Numbered from the stretch's first letter, positions 15,044 to 28,798 are shown. The stretch: DNA of 64,000 nucleotides from Eledone cirrhosa (GCA_964016885.1 OZ024742.1:30008001-30072000), one strand, 5' to 3'. A program made the numbers and translations. Notes: a model not told the origin generated them from the sequence alone.

Positions 15044-16918
15044 GGAAAAATTTGAACAGGGACAAAACAGAGAGGCAGTACAACAAATGTTTATTAATTT
15101 CACGCTCTGGAGAGTGGGGTGTTGGTGGGGGACGACGTTTCGGGCATAAGCCTTTCCTCAGGTGGGAAGTGTGTGGGAACAGAGTTCAAAGGGTGTGTAG
15201 GGGAATGGTGGAGAGACATATAGCGAAAGGAAACGGTGCGAATGAAAAAATAAAAAATAAAGATAAAAATAAAAATAAAGCATGATCAAAATACAAGGAA
15301 TTAGATAAATTTAAAAATAAAGGCATGATCAAATAAACTGAAATTAAAAAGGGGTTAAACAGGTGGTGGAAGGGTGTGGGGGTGTAGGGGTGGTGGCGGG
15401 TGGAGTGGGGAGAGGGAGACGGGGTGTCCGAGCGGGGAGGGCTGAAGGTGGTGTGTGTGTGTAGGTGTGCGTGTGTGTGTGTGTGTATGTGAAAGTAAGG
15501 GTTGGGGGAAGAACGGGGTTGCATGTTCAGGAAGAGGTGTGTGTGGGGGGGAGTTTGTGGGTCGGAGTGTCTGTGTGTGTGTGGATAGAGGGGTGGGGGA
15601 GAGGAATCAGGAGGCTGAGGGTGTAGATATGTGGTGGAAAGCACGTGTGTGGGGTTTAAGCGTGTTGTGGGTGTAGGTGGCGTGTGGAGAAAAAAATTTT
15701 TGGGGGGGTGTGTGTGTGGGTGAGTTATATAGGGGATTATGTAAGAGGATGGTTGAAAAGTTGGTAAATTCCGAAGATGTATAGTGGATTGGTGGCTGGT
15801 CAATTTCTGCGTGTGGGTATTCCATGAAGCGATGGTCGGAAGAGGAGAGATGTGGGGTGCGCGCGCAACAGGAAGTGGTCAGCAGTGGGAGTGCTGTGGT
15901 CTGTTTGTGCTGGGAGGTGGTCAGAAGGCATAGCAGCAGTCGGTGGAATGGTAAAGGGGCGAGGATGGGTAGGTGTGAAAGTTGGAGTGAGGAGGGTGTG
16001 TGTGTGTGTATTAGTAGGGGTGTTAGTGGGATGAGTGAGTGTTGAGCGAGGGTGTGGGTGGAGCGGGGAGAGAAGGGTGTGTGTGGTTCTATGGAGGGAG
16101 TGTGGTGTACTGGTGTGTGTGTAGTTTGATGAGGTGTTAGTGGGTGTTAGTATATGGGAGGTGGGGAGGGGTTGAATGCAGGTGTGAGTGGGGGTTAGTG
16201 GTGGTAGGGTGTGTAGAGTTGGTGGTGTACGAGGGTGTGTGGGTACGTGTGCATGGGGTTGGGGGGTGTTAGTGATGTTAGTTGCGTGTGGGGTTGGTGG
16301 TGTAAGTGGGTGCGTGTGTTCGTGTGCTTGGGGTTAGGGGGTGTTAGTGAGGTTAGTTGCGGGGTGGTGGGATGGAGGTGTGGGGGTGAGAGGTGTGGGG
16401 GTGAGGGTTAGTGGTGGTAGTAGGGTGTGTGTTTAGTGTGAGCGCGTGTATATATGTGCCGGTGGGTGTGTGCGTGTGATAAGGAGGGGGGAGGAGGAGA
16501 AGAGGGGAGGGAAGGGATGTTAGTATGTTAGTTGGGGAAGGGTGGTCAGATGAGGGGTGGAGTGGAGGTGTTAGTATTGTTAGTTGTGGGGTGGGCGGTG
16601 AAAAGGAGGGGTGTGTTACTGGTGTTAGTGGGGGATAAGTGTGGGGGGAGGGGGGCGGTCGAAGGCTAAAGGAATAAGGGTGGGGAGTTCAGGCCGGGGG
16701 GAGTGTGTGTCTGTAAGATGAAGATAGTTCGTTGTTCGACCGTAAGGCGATTGGCGGGGGTTCCGTGGCACTGGAGTAGGCCACAGACTGTGAGATGGCG
16801 TGCGGAATGTCCAGGGCCACCAAAGTGGCGGGCGATGGGGGAACTGCCCCCGAGACGAATATCCCGGAGGTGCTCCGTGACTCGGTCCGCCAGGCGACGT
16901 CCCGTCTGTCCGACATAA
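15041..16918 (-). mobile_element. 5'-truncated Neptune-like PLE (EN C-terminus + long C-rich 3' region + HHR-like motif at 15131-15166)
   Basis: GIY-YIG fragment at 16666-16918; CTGAGGA-AAGGCTTATGCCC-GAAACGTC lies near the 3' end. Confidence 0.7.
16666..16918 (-). pseudogene. GIY-YIG endonuclease C-terminal half (not in the ORF track)
   Basis: Manual translation: YVGQTGRRLADRVTEHLRDIRLGGSSPIARHF...EQRTIFILQTHTPPGLN...*. Confidence 0.85.
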
Positions 16919-17253
16919 GTATCGCTGTCAACTTTATAATAATTTTTATTTTTATGTGACGGCCTATTGCATTATATGGTCGTCCAATGTTTTTTATTTT
17001 TATTTTTTATTATTATTTTTTCTTATAATAATAAAAAAATAAAAATAAAAAACAATGGACGACCATATAATGCAATAATTAATTGTGTGTGCGCGTATGT
17101 AGTTGTGTGTACATATATCTATATTTGTGTGTGCGTATGTATGTGTGTATATATGTGTGTATGTATGTGTATATATATATATATATATACACGTGTGTGT
17201 GTTTCTGTATTTGTGTGTATGTGTATGTATGGATATGTATATATATATTTTTT

Positions 17254-17963
17254 AAACATAAAAATAGGAAAAGAAAAATAATCTGGTTCACACCCCCCTA
17301 CTCTCTAGCAGTTAAAACTAATGTAGGCAAAACATTCCTAGAGCTCTTAGATAAACATTTCCCTAGAACACATAGATACTATAAGATCTTTAATAGAAAC
17401 TGTGTCAAAATTAGCTACTCCTGCGGTCCCCCTATTAAATCTTATATCATCAACAAAAAATCATCTAGAGAACATCAAAATTGCTCCTGTAGAGTCAAAA
17501 GTGAATGCCCATTACAAGGTAAATGCAACACCAAAGCCATTGTATATGCGGCGAAAGTGACAACCATCAGCAACAACCAACCAGCCACCAGTGAACGATA
17601 TGTGGGTATGACACAAGACAAATTCAAAACGTGTTATTACTCACATGTCGCATCCTTTCGACATCCACAACACATTCGACATTCACAACAGCTCTGGCTA
17701 GAAGAATATGGGATTTGAAAGGCCAAGGTATCCAATATAAATTGGATTGGTCAATTTTGAACCAATCTAAAGGATATGCAAGAGGAACAAGAAAATGCAC
17801 ACTCTGCATAAATGAAAAATATTGGATTTTACAAAACCTTAAATCACCAAAAACCTGCCTAAATACAAAGACAGAAATTTTCACCAGTTGCCCACACATG
17901 AAATCACACTTGCTTTCCAGCTCATATAAACTTAACTCACTTTCAGATACTTATCCTCCATAA
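17254..17963 (+). pseudogene. PLE linker + GIY-YIG fragment (frameshifted)
   Basis: IIWFTPPYS, CSCRVKSECPLQGKC, IVY...YVGMT, CTLCINEK and CPH motifs; frameshift near 17676. Confidence 0.85.
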
Positions 17964-18012
17964 GCTCTTATTCTTCACTTAAATTATTCTCTTTAAAGAC
18001 TACTCTTTCTGA

Positions 18013-18333
18013 TTTATTTTTATTTTTATTTTTATTTTTATTTTTATTTTTGTTTTTGTTTTTGTTTTTGTTTTTATTTTTATTTTTATTTTTATTTTTA
18101 TTTTTATTTTTATTTTTATTTTTATTTTTATTTTTATTTTTATTTTTATTTTTATTTTTATTTTTATTTTTATTTTTATTTTTATTTTTATTTTTATTTT
18201 TATTTTTATTTTTATTTTTATTTTTATTTTTATTTTTATTTTTATTTTTATTTTTATTTTTATTTTTATTTTTATTTTTATTTTTATTTTTATTTTTATT
18301 TTTATTTTTATTTTTATTTTTATTTTTATTTTT
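18013..18333. repeat. (TTTTTA)n hexanucleotide array
   Basis: Seen directly. Confidence 0.95.
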
Positions 18334-18789
18334 ACTTCACATCCACCAGTAACCCCCCCCCCTTTATTCTTCGATTCACTTACCTAATATCTTCACTTTC
18401 CACATTTTACTTCTCTATTTTCTTTACTACCTGATTACACTGGTCACTTGCGTTTTCCACTCAAGATATTTTCTGTTATTTCGCAGCCAATTTTATATTT
18501 TTATACTTGTACTCATTTATTCATAAGGCTGCTTTACACCCTGTATCTATGTGTCTGAGCGTCTTTATGTGTGTATACGTTCTGTATATGTACACGAACG
18601 CCTCTGTATGAGCGCGTGCGTGCGTGTATATATATGTGTATGTATGTGTGTTTTTATATCTGTGTTTTTACATCTATGTTTTTTACATTCTTATTTTTAT
18701 GTGTGTGCGAGTAAGCGGGTCAATGTACGTGAATATGTTTGTGTGTATGTGTGTATATATGTATTGTATGTATGGGTGTGTATGTGTGC

Positions 18790-18867
<78 letters not shown>

Positions 18868-18958
18868 CGAAGGAAATGTGGTAAGGAACCAGGTGGACCA
18901 TAACGCACCAAAGTACTCAATACTTAGGGTAGTAGAGTGGGTAATAGGAACGAGTAGG

Positions 18959-19054
18959 ACCCCGACGGCTGAGCTGAAGCCGTTTCGACGGCTAATTCTG
19001 GACTAAATAAAAAGTGTTATCCTGGTATTTGAATAGCCGAGCTTCTCAGGGGGT
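18959..19054 (-). ncRNA. Hammerhead-like motif, variant core CTGAGAA; second copy at 21778-21873 (+) with ATGAGAA
   Basis: ACCCC-CTGAGAA-..CGGCTA...TAGCCG..-GAAACGGCT(loop)AGCCGTC^GGGGT. Stem III is strong and the site is GUC; position 8 is G>A. Confidence 0.55.
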
Positions 19055-20205
19055 AATTCCATATATGGTAAAAGTGATTGTCACAAGGATTGGTCAAAAG
19101 TTTGTTGTTGAGACATAATAATTCTATCATGGCAATTTGTGGAGGGAAGGGGTAGCTGAACCTGCCAGTAGAAGAAAGAGGGAGAGGGGGTGGAGGAAAC
19201 CCAGTCGTGGTGCGTTGATAGTGCCAAATACAGCTGGGCATGAGGTCAAAGAAGATACTAGGGGGGGGGAAGAAGTCGAAACAATAAGTAAAACAATATG
19301 AGGTAAATATATAGAGAAATACCGAGTGTTAAAAAACAATTAAATGTAAAAAAAAACAATTTCTGGTTACTATAACCTAAGGACAGCTATCGAGTCTCTC
19401 ACTGGTATTGCTAGACTAAAGAAAAGTTTACTAGGTGGGACGGAATTATAATGAGACCCTTTTAAGAGGTATAAGTGAACAACCGAATATATCTTACGGT
19501 AACGGGTCAACAAGTGGGGGACAAAATATTAAAGAAACTACCACTAAATAATAATTCAGAGTCCCGAGACCAGTACGAAATAAAGGTTTCTACCCCAGGC
19601 ACAAGGCCAACAACCGCCCAGTGCAAAAAAATAAACTAATACGAAATAATAATTCAGAATCCCGAAAAAGAAAACTAATACTATCTCTAAGGGTGCCGCC
19701 ACGATACAAAACTTCTAGTGCAAATTACATAAATGCTCGTACGAAGTATATGTAAAATTTGATACGGAAAATTAATTCAGAATCCCCCCCACCCCCCACC
19801 CCCACCCCCACCCCAAAAAAAAATATTGATATACGAGAAATTAAAGCAAAGATACCACTAAGAAATATAGAAAGCACGGAAAAGGGGCAGCCATCGGATA
19901 TGAAGGCAAGTATCCGGGGTCTAACACATCTGCTATAAAAAGCGGCGTCGGCCAAATCTATCATAGAATAGGGGAAGGGGTGGGGTACTGAGGCTACAAA
20001 GGACCGATGGGCTGCCTCGGGTGGGCGAGAAAGTAAAAGGACGACGACAAAGAAAGAGGACTGGGGTGGAAGGACTAGGGAGAGATGGGGGGAGAAGGAA
20101 ATATAGAGGAGGTGATAAAAAGATATAAAAGAAGATCTTAGGTCTACCTTGGCAAGCAGGGGTTACCCATTACAAAATCGGTAAGTTGGGTGTTATAGCC
20201 TTAGT

Positions 20206-21678
20206 CTACCCCCCCCCCCCCTGGTCATTATGGGGTTTGAGGGCGAGGTAAGTCCTACGCAATCTGTGTTTACATGCAGTTACCAGTTCATCTTTCTTGT
20301 TTAGGAGTTGGTCCGTCGAAAACAGCATTTGTAAAGTTTCCTCAGAGCATAAATTGCACGGACGGCGTCCTCCCATGTAAGAGTTGGCTCTGGACAGTAA
20401 GCTCCAAGTGAGATCATAGGTAATATTGTTATCTTGAGGTCCCATATGTGGCCCGAAAGTGTAGTGGCGTGACGCCGGGCCGGGTTTCGGAAGGTATGTC
20501 TGTGTTGGTATAGCCGGGTCTTGAAGTCACATGCGGTTAATCCTTTGTTGGAGGTGTCCGTCCTCACGTTGCACTGGTAGATCACATAACGATCTCTGCC
20601 TCTGTTGTCGAGGGGGCAAATGGATCCATCAGGACAGTTGCACCTCCTGGTCGGCTCTCCACTGCTATTTAGGTTATTTCTTCCATAGGGGTTGAGTTTT
20701 TTGTTGTTAGAGGAGACGATGTTTTGTGCAAAGTTTGGTGTGGTGCTGTAGAACAGTTTGATGGTATTTTTGTTAATTATGTTGTGGTAGCGGTGTTGTA
20801 GTGGGAAGTGTTTTTCAATGAGCCTAAAGAAGATTTTCCCGATAGGAGTTGTCACCTCGGCGTTGTGGGGGTGGATTAAACCATGTTACGTTGCGTGAGC
20901 GGAGCTGTCGCCTGCTGGTTCCGCTAATGGAAGCTGGACAGTGGGATATTTCCTCCCGGAAACCACTCCGCTTGAGGGCCTGGTTGTAATAAGGCGCATG
21001 TTCCTCGAATATCTGTTCATTAGCTGACAAACGAGATATGCGGAGGGAGATGTTTTTAACCAGGTTATTGGTGATGTTCCTAGGATGGATTGACCGGCGG
21101 TGGATGTAGTGCAGGTTGTCGTTAGGTTTCCTGTATGAGTAGTATAGATCATTATGGATGTCAAGGGTAACGTCCAGGAAGTTTACTTGGGTCAGGTACG
21201 TTTGTAGGGTTATTTTAAATCCCCAGTCGCGGAAGAAGCTGATTAATTGTTTACGGACCCGATCTGTACTACTGGGGTTGTACCCTTTAAGAGTAAGGAG
21301 CCCATAATCACGGTACAATCCACCGCCGAATGCAGGAAACATATCGGTGAGTTTGGCTATTAGGAATAATCCTATAAGATCTGTGACCTCAGCCGAATCC
21401 ATCGCGCCCATGCTGACGTCGAAGTGTGAGTCGGGAGCTCTCTTTATCCATTTAAAGTTGTCGAAGAGTAAGACTGTCTTCCTGGCGTGGACGATGATGT
21501 TTCTTTCCTGGTCAGTGATGGGCACAAGTGTTTCGGCGAAGCCCAAGGCAGCCGTAAGTAGCGGTAAAGTAATTGAAGCATAGTAACTCTCTATGTCAAA
21601 CTGGATGAATTTAGTGTCTTGGTTTTCCTCCATATTGCTGAACCATGAGATTACTTCCTGGGTGTTGACCCATAGGCT
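20206..21678 (-). pseudogene. PLE RT/GIY-YIG, 5'-truncated copy
   Basis: Near-identical to 22737-24219, with YRDY, the same frameshift and additional indels in the endonuclease. Confidence 0.9.
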
Positions 21679-22058
21679 ACCCCTTCCCTCCACAAATTGC
21701 CATGATAGAATTATTATGTCTCAACAACAAACTTTTGACCAATCCTTGTGACAATCACTTTTACCATATATGGAATTACCCCATGAGAAGCTCGGCTATT
21801 CAAATACCAGGATAAAAAATTTTATTTAGTCCAGAATTAGCCGTCGAAACGGCTTGAGCTCAGCCGTCGGGGTCCTACTCGTTCCTATTACCCACTCTAC
21901 TACCCTAAGTATTGAGTACTTTGGTGCGTTATGGTCCACCTGGTTCCTTACCACATTTCCTTCGTTATCTAGTTCCTATTCCCGTAGTAGAGCACTTTCC
22001 GTCCCTACCACGCCGTATCCAGACTTTTCCGCTAAGCTCAAGTTCTTTCACCGGCACC

Positions 22059-24219
22059 ATGCGAAAACACAACATCGACTTCTCTACCAAGAACATTCCA
22101 GTCCCACCGAAAGAACTTTACCTTCGGATGCTCACGCAAAAAATTGATCTATTTGCAAAAAGACTTAGATGGAGAACATTTGTCTACGACAGATATTGCG
22201 ACAATCTGGACTTCGGTACCAAGGAGAGATTTGGATTTATTACCTACAAATCTCCCCCTCCGAACCCTATGCTCTCACCCTTCGAGAATGACCTTTTCCA
22301 ACTGGTCAAGAACATTAAATTCAAACCCAGACACAACCGATTCCTACAAAAACTCCGTAGCAACTTAACAGAGTATGATAACACCAATGACATCATGGTG
22401 CACTCGGATAAAACTGGTAACCTCTACTTTGTCAACCCCGACAGATACCACAAACTGATCAGGAGCAGCCTAAACTCCACCTATAAAAAGGCTAACCACT
22501 CATGCATCGAGGACATAAATCGAGATGGACAACAAATTACCTCCAGCCTCGGGGTCGCCTACCGCACGGTACCCCTAGACCCACGGACACCCTACTTCAC
22601 AATGAAGGACCACAAATCCGATTTCGACCGTAAACCGCTTATCAGGCTTATAAACCCAACGAAGTCCGACATAGGGAGAATCAGCAAAAAAATCCTAGAC
22701 TGCGTTATACCAAAAGTTAAGCAACACGCCAGACTTAGCCTATGGGTCAACACCCAGGAAGTAATCTCATGGTTCAGCAATATGGAGGAAAAACGAGACA
22801 CTAAATTCATCCAGTTTGACATAGAGAGTTACTATGCTTCAATTACTTTACCGCTACTTACGGCTGCCTTGGACTTCGCCGAAACACTTGTGCCCATCAC
22901 CGACCAGGAAAGAAACGTCATCCTCCACGCCAGGAAGACAGTCTTACTCTTCGACAACTCCAAATGGATAAAGAGAGCTCCCGACTCACACTTCGACGTC
23001 AGCATGGGCGCGATGGATTCGGCTGAGGTCACAGATCTTATAGGATTATTCCTAATAGCCAAACTCACCGATATGTTTCCTGCATTCGGCGGTGGATTGT
23101 ACCGTGATTATGGGCTCCTTACTCTTAAAGGGTACAACCCCAGTAGTACAGATCGGGTCCGTAAACAATTAATCAGCTTCTTCCGCGACTGGGGATTTAA
23201 AATAACCCTACAAACGTACCTGACCCGAGTAAACTTCCTGGACGTTACCCTTGACCTCGATAATGATCTGTACTACCCATACAGGAAACCTAACGACAAC
23301 CTGCACTACATCCACCGCCGGTCAATCCATCCTAGGAACATCACCAATAACCTGGTTAAAAACATCTCCCTCCGCATATCTCGTTTGTCAGCTAATGAGC
23401 AGATATTCGAGGAACATGCGCCTTATTACAACCAGGCCCTCAAGCGGAGTGGTTTCCGGGAGGAAATATCCCACTGTCCAGCTTCCATTAGCGGAACCAG
23501 CAGGCGACAGCTCCGCTCACGCAACGTAACATGGTTTAATCCACCCCCACAACGCCGAGGTGACAACTCCTATCGGGAAAATCTTCTTTAGGCTCATTGA
23601 AAAACACTTCCCACTACAACACCGCTACCACAACATAATTAACAAAAATACCATCAAACTTTCCTACAGCACCACACCAAACTATGCACAAAACATCGTC
23701 TCCTCTAACAACAAAAAACTCAACCCCTATGGAAGAAATAACCTAAATAGCAGCGGAGAGCCGACCATGAGGTGCAACTGTCCTGATGGATCCATTTGCC
23801 CCCTCGACAACAGATGCAGAGATCGTAATGTGATCTACCAGTGCAACGTGAGGACGGACACCTCCAACAAAGCTTATATAGGATTAACCGCATGTGACTT
23901 CAAGACCCGGCTATACCAACACAGACATACCTTCCGAAACCCGGCCCGGCGTCACGCCACTACACTTTCGGGCCACATATGGGACCTCAAGGATAACAAT
24001 ATTACCTATGATCGCACTTGGAGCTTACTGTCCAGAGCCAACTCTTACACGGGAGGACGCCGTCCGTGCAATTTATGCTCGGAGGAAACTTTACAAATGC
24101 TGCTTTCGACGGACCAACTCCTAAACAAGAAAGATGAACTGGTAACTGCATGTAAACACAGATTGCGTAGGACTTACCTCGCCCTCAAACCCCATAATGA
24201 CCAGGGGGGGGTAGACTAG
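22059..24219 (+). pseudogene. Full-length PLE ORF (RT + CxCx5C linker + GIY-YIG), one frameshift near 23550
   Basis: ATG at 22059; motifs SDKTGN, QFDIESYYASI, LYRDYG, NFLDVTL, WFNPP, CNCPDGSICPL, VIY...YIGLT, CNLC and CKH. Confidence 0.92.
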
Positions 24220-26198
24220 GGCTATAACACCCCACTTACCGATTTTGTAATGAGTAACCCCTGCTTGCAAAGGTAGACCTAAGATCATTTATATCTTTTT
24301 ATCACCTCCTCTATATTTCCTTCTCCCCCCATCCCTCCCTAGTCCTTCCACCCCAGTCCTCTTTCTTTGTCGTCGTCCTTTTACTTTCTCGCCCACCCGA
24401 GGCAGCCCCTCGGTCCTTTGTTGCCTCAGTACCCCCACCCCTTCCCCTATTCTATGATAGATTTGGCCGACGCCGCTTTTTATAGCAGATGTGTTAGACC
24501 CCGGATACTTGCCTTCTTATCCGATGGCTGCCCCTTTTCCGTGCTTTCTATATTTCTTAGTGGTATCTTTGCTTTAATTTCTCGTATATCAGTATTTTTT
24601 TTTTGGGGGGGGGGGGGTGAGCAGTGGGATTCTGAATTAATTTTCCGTATCAAATTTTACATATACTTCGTACGAGCATTTATGTAGTTTGCACTAGAAT
24701 TTTTGTATCGTGGCGGCACCCTTAGAGATAGTATTAGTTTTCTTTTTCGGGATTCTGAATTATTATTTCGTATTAGTTTTTTTTTTTTTGCACTGGGTGA
24801 TTGCTGGCCTTGTGCCTGGGGTAGAAACCTTTATTTCGTACTGGTCTCGGGACTCTGAATTATTATTTCGTGGTAGTTTCTTTAATATTTTGGCCCCCCA
24901 CTTGTTGACCCGTTACCGTAAGATATATTCGGTTGTTCACTTATACCTCTTAAAAGGGTCTCATTATAATTCCGTCCCACCTAGTAAACTTTTCTTTAGT
25001 CTAGCAATACCAGTGAGAGACTCGATAGCTGTCCTTAGGTTATAGTAACCAGAAATTGTTTTTTTTTACATTTAATTGTTTTTTAACACTCGGTATTTCT
25101 CTATATATTTACCCCATATTGTTTTACTTATTGTTTCGACTTCTTCCCCCCCCCCCCTAGTATCTTCTTTGACCTCATGCCCAGCTGTATTTGGCACTAT
25201 CAACGCACCACGACTGGGTTTCCTCCACCCGCTCTCCCTCTTTCTTCTACTGGCAGGTTCAGCTACCCCTTCCCTCCACAAATTGCCATGATAGAATTAT
25301 TATGTCTCAACAACAAACTTTTGACCAATCCTTGTGACAATCACTTTTACCATATATGGAATTACCCCCTGGAATTACCCTTATTTAGTCCAGAATTAGC
25401 CGTCGAAACGGCTTGAGCTCAGCCGTCGGGGTCCTACTCGTTCCTATATATATATATATATACACAGTCGCGTACGTACGTGTGATTAGATATACATGGG
25501 GCGATATGTATGTATATGTATACGTGCATCCTGTGTATGTATGTACGCATGCATACGCTTTTGTCTGTACGTATTGCGTGTATATATATATATTTTTTTT
25601 TTATAGATATATGTTTTTTATAAATATATGTGTATGTACGCGTGTATCTTCTCTTCTTTTCTTTTCTTTTCTTTTCTTTTCTTTTCTTTTCTTTTCTTTT
25701 CTTTTCTGTAGTGTTGACTACTTTCTCTTTCATTTAAAATGTTTTTCTTTCTCATATATTGATTCATTTTTATACATATATCGAGAATGACACTTTCTTT
25801 TAACTATTACACTCCCTTCCCCCTTTATCTTCCGCATATAAGTGATCGCGCGTGTGTGTGTGTTTATACGCGTGCTTTCATACTCATATGTGTATCTAAT
25901 ACCTTCTTCTGGATTCGTGTCAACTAGATTATATCCGTATTTGTGGTTACATATACACAAATATTCTTGCCCTCATATATGTACTTACGCACACATTTTC
26001 ACCATATACACACATTTGTACATACATACATATGTATATTTGTGAGTGTATATACATACATATACACACACCTAACTATATTTCCTTATATTTTTTATAT
26101 ATTTTATATGTCTATTGCATTACCTTTATTTATATATATATTTTTTTTTTTTTGCATTTCTTGAGGAGACTTTCCAAATATTTCACTGTTTTATATTG

Positions 26199-26267
26199 CC
26201 TTGTCCGACGAACGAATGAAGACGTTTCTTTCGTATTCGTCTTATTCGGGAAACCTCTGGTAATGAA
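26199..26267 (+). ncRNA. Degenerate hammerhead motif (core CCGACGA)
   Basis: CCGACGA-ACGAAT...ATTCGG-GAAAC-CTCTG-GTA; stem I is weak. Confidence 0.4.
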
Positions 26268-26324
26268 GTAATTATATTGTATTGTTTATTATACATTATA
26301 TATACATATATATGTATGTATATG

Positions 26325-26424
<100 letters not shown>

Positions 26425-26545
26425 GGTGTGTTCATCTACTTTTATACTTATTCTTTTTCCTTTCCTTCTTCCTTTTCCAGCCTCACTTTCATATAGATTA
26501 TATTTTTCTTTTTAAAATCCACTGTCAATAAATACACCAGGACAT

Positions 26546-26606
26546 TTTCATTCTGATGACTGAAAGCAATTTTTGTTTGCTTTCAAGAAACCACTAGTAA
26601 ATGAAA
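26546..26606 (+). ncRNA. Type I hammerhead ribozyme in pLTR fragment 26430-26636
   Basis: TTTCATT-CTGATGA-CTGAAAGCAA...TTGCTTTCAA-GAAAC-CACTA-GTA^AATGAAA. Confidence 0.8.
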
Positions 26607-26799
26607 TAATTATCTTATGTTGTTTATTACATAACTATATATATATATGTGTGTGTGTGTGTGTATACACATATATATGTATATACATATATATATGTGT
26701 ATATAAATATATATATGTGTATATAAATATATATATATATTTATATATATATATGTATGTATATGCATGTAAAGACGCTGCTTGAATCTATTGGCGGTT

Positions 26800-26931
26800 G
26801 TACTAACTGTAATTGTAGGAATCGGGTTGACTGCCCCCTATCCGGGAAATGCCTCTCTAGTAATATTGTCTACAAATGTAAGGTTGAAACACCCACGTCT
26901 CATAGGGCCTACATAGGGTTAACCGCCAATA
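26800..26931 (+). mobile_element. Short internal fragment of the 10580-13618 PLE family (EN region)
   Basis: Matches 12082-12213 ([17 protein letters not shown]...YIGLTAN). Confidence 0.85.
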
Positions 26932-27003
26932 TATATATGTATGTATATATGTATGTATGTGTATATATATACGTATATATATATACATATATATATATAT
27001 GCG

Positions 27004-27058
<55 letters not shown>

Positions 27059-27145
27059 ATATATATATATACATATATATATATATGTGTATATATATAT
27101 ATGTATATATATGTATATACATATATATACATATATATATATGTG

Positions 27146-27180
<35 letters not shown>

Positions 27181-27212
27181 GTATATACAGTATATGTATA
27201 TATATATATATG

Positions 27213-27259
<47 letters not shown>

Positions 27260-27260
27260 G

Positions 27261-27365
<105 letters not shown>

Positions 27366-27458
27366 GTATATATATATGTATATATATATATGTATATATA
27401 TGCATATATATATATGTATATATATATATATGTATATATATATGCATATATATATATG

Positions 27459-27553
<95 letters not shown>

Positions 27554-27558
27554 GTATA

Positions 27559-27659
<101 letters not shown>

Positions 27660-27669
27660 GTATATATAT

Positions 27670-28704
27670 AACTTTGAATAACTTTGAAATGTTTTGGCCA
27701 GTATTGGCCCAGGCCATGTCTAACTTAATAGCACCACCCGGCGAAGTCTTTCAATTCAGGATTTGGGCACCATGGCCCATTCGAGAAGAGAATTACTGTT
27801 TGCGGGGACATATCCGGGTGTGGGTGGTTTGTCCGGGATTACTTGGAGGAATTTGTCCAAAGACTTCTTGAATTTTGTGTCGTCAGTTTCTGTTTTGACG
27901 TGTCCTGGTGTGATGTTGAAGAGAGCAGGGCCAATTGAGGTGAAATAATTGTGCCGTATTGTTGTTATGAGTTGCGATTTAGATTTTTGTTTGGGACGGA
28001 TAGCACGGGGCCCAAGCCTTGGGTGTATTTTGAAGGTGATGCCAACATCATTTGGGCAGTGATGATGAAACATTTTCCACATCATGCAGATAATATAACG
28101 CTCACGGCGACGTTGGAGTGAGTAAAGTTTCAGCTTTTCTAGTCGACCCCAGTAGTCAAGGTCTGACATGCCATCTATCTTTTTCGTGATTGCCCTTTGA
28201 GGAGCTTCAAGTTTCATGATACTTTGTTTCGTGTTGGGAGACCACAGTGGACAACAGTATTCAAGGTGTGGTCGGGAAAAAGTAGAGAAGAGAAGGATAA
28301 TGGTGTGGGAAACTCTCGACTGGAAGGTTCTGAGGATCCAGGAACACATTCTGAGGGCCATGTCAACTTTGCTGCTTATATGCGTGGCCCAGCTTATGTT
28401 GCTGTCCACGGTTACTCCCAAGTCTCTGATGTTGTTAGATGCCACGAGAGTTTCACCGGAGGGAAGGGAGTACGGGAGTTTCAGAGCATCCTCTTTACCA
28501 AAGTGGATCAGTTCGAATTTGTCTTCGTTCAGTAACAAGTTGTTCTTTTCCGCCCATTGGGTAACAGCCAGTAGGTCTGACTGAAGGCTTATCCGGTCAT
28601 CCACGCCATTGATGACCTTTTGGAGCTTGGAATCATCAGCGAAAATTTTAATGTTGCTGTGTTTGATGATGTCAGTGATGTCATTAATATAGATGATGAA
28701 GAAA
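27670..28704 (-). mobile_element. 5'-truncated CR1-clade LINE (RT C-terminus)
   Basis: FIIYINDI...[20 protein letters not shown] and LYSLQRRRERY motifs; stop at 27756; short tandem 3' repeat. Confidence 0.9.
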
Positions 28705-28747
28705 TATGTATATATATATATGTATATATATGTATATATATATATAT

Positions 28748-28798
<51 letters not shown>

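Larger units (their letters stand above)
18866..25444. mobile_element. PLE family A inverted dimer: truncated minus arm 18866-21678 and full-length plus arm 21676-25444
   Basis: The minus arm is the reverse complement of ~22737-25444 plus the tail. The plus arm is pLTR-ORF-pLTR. The junction has a 3-nt GCT microhomology, and (TA)n flanks both sides. Confidence 0.9.
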
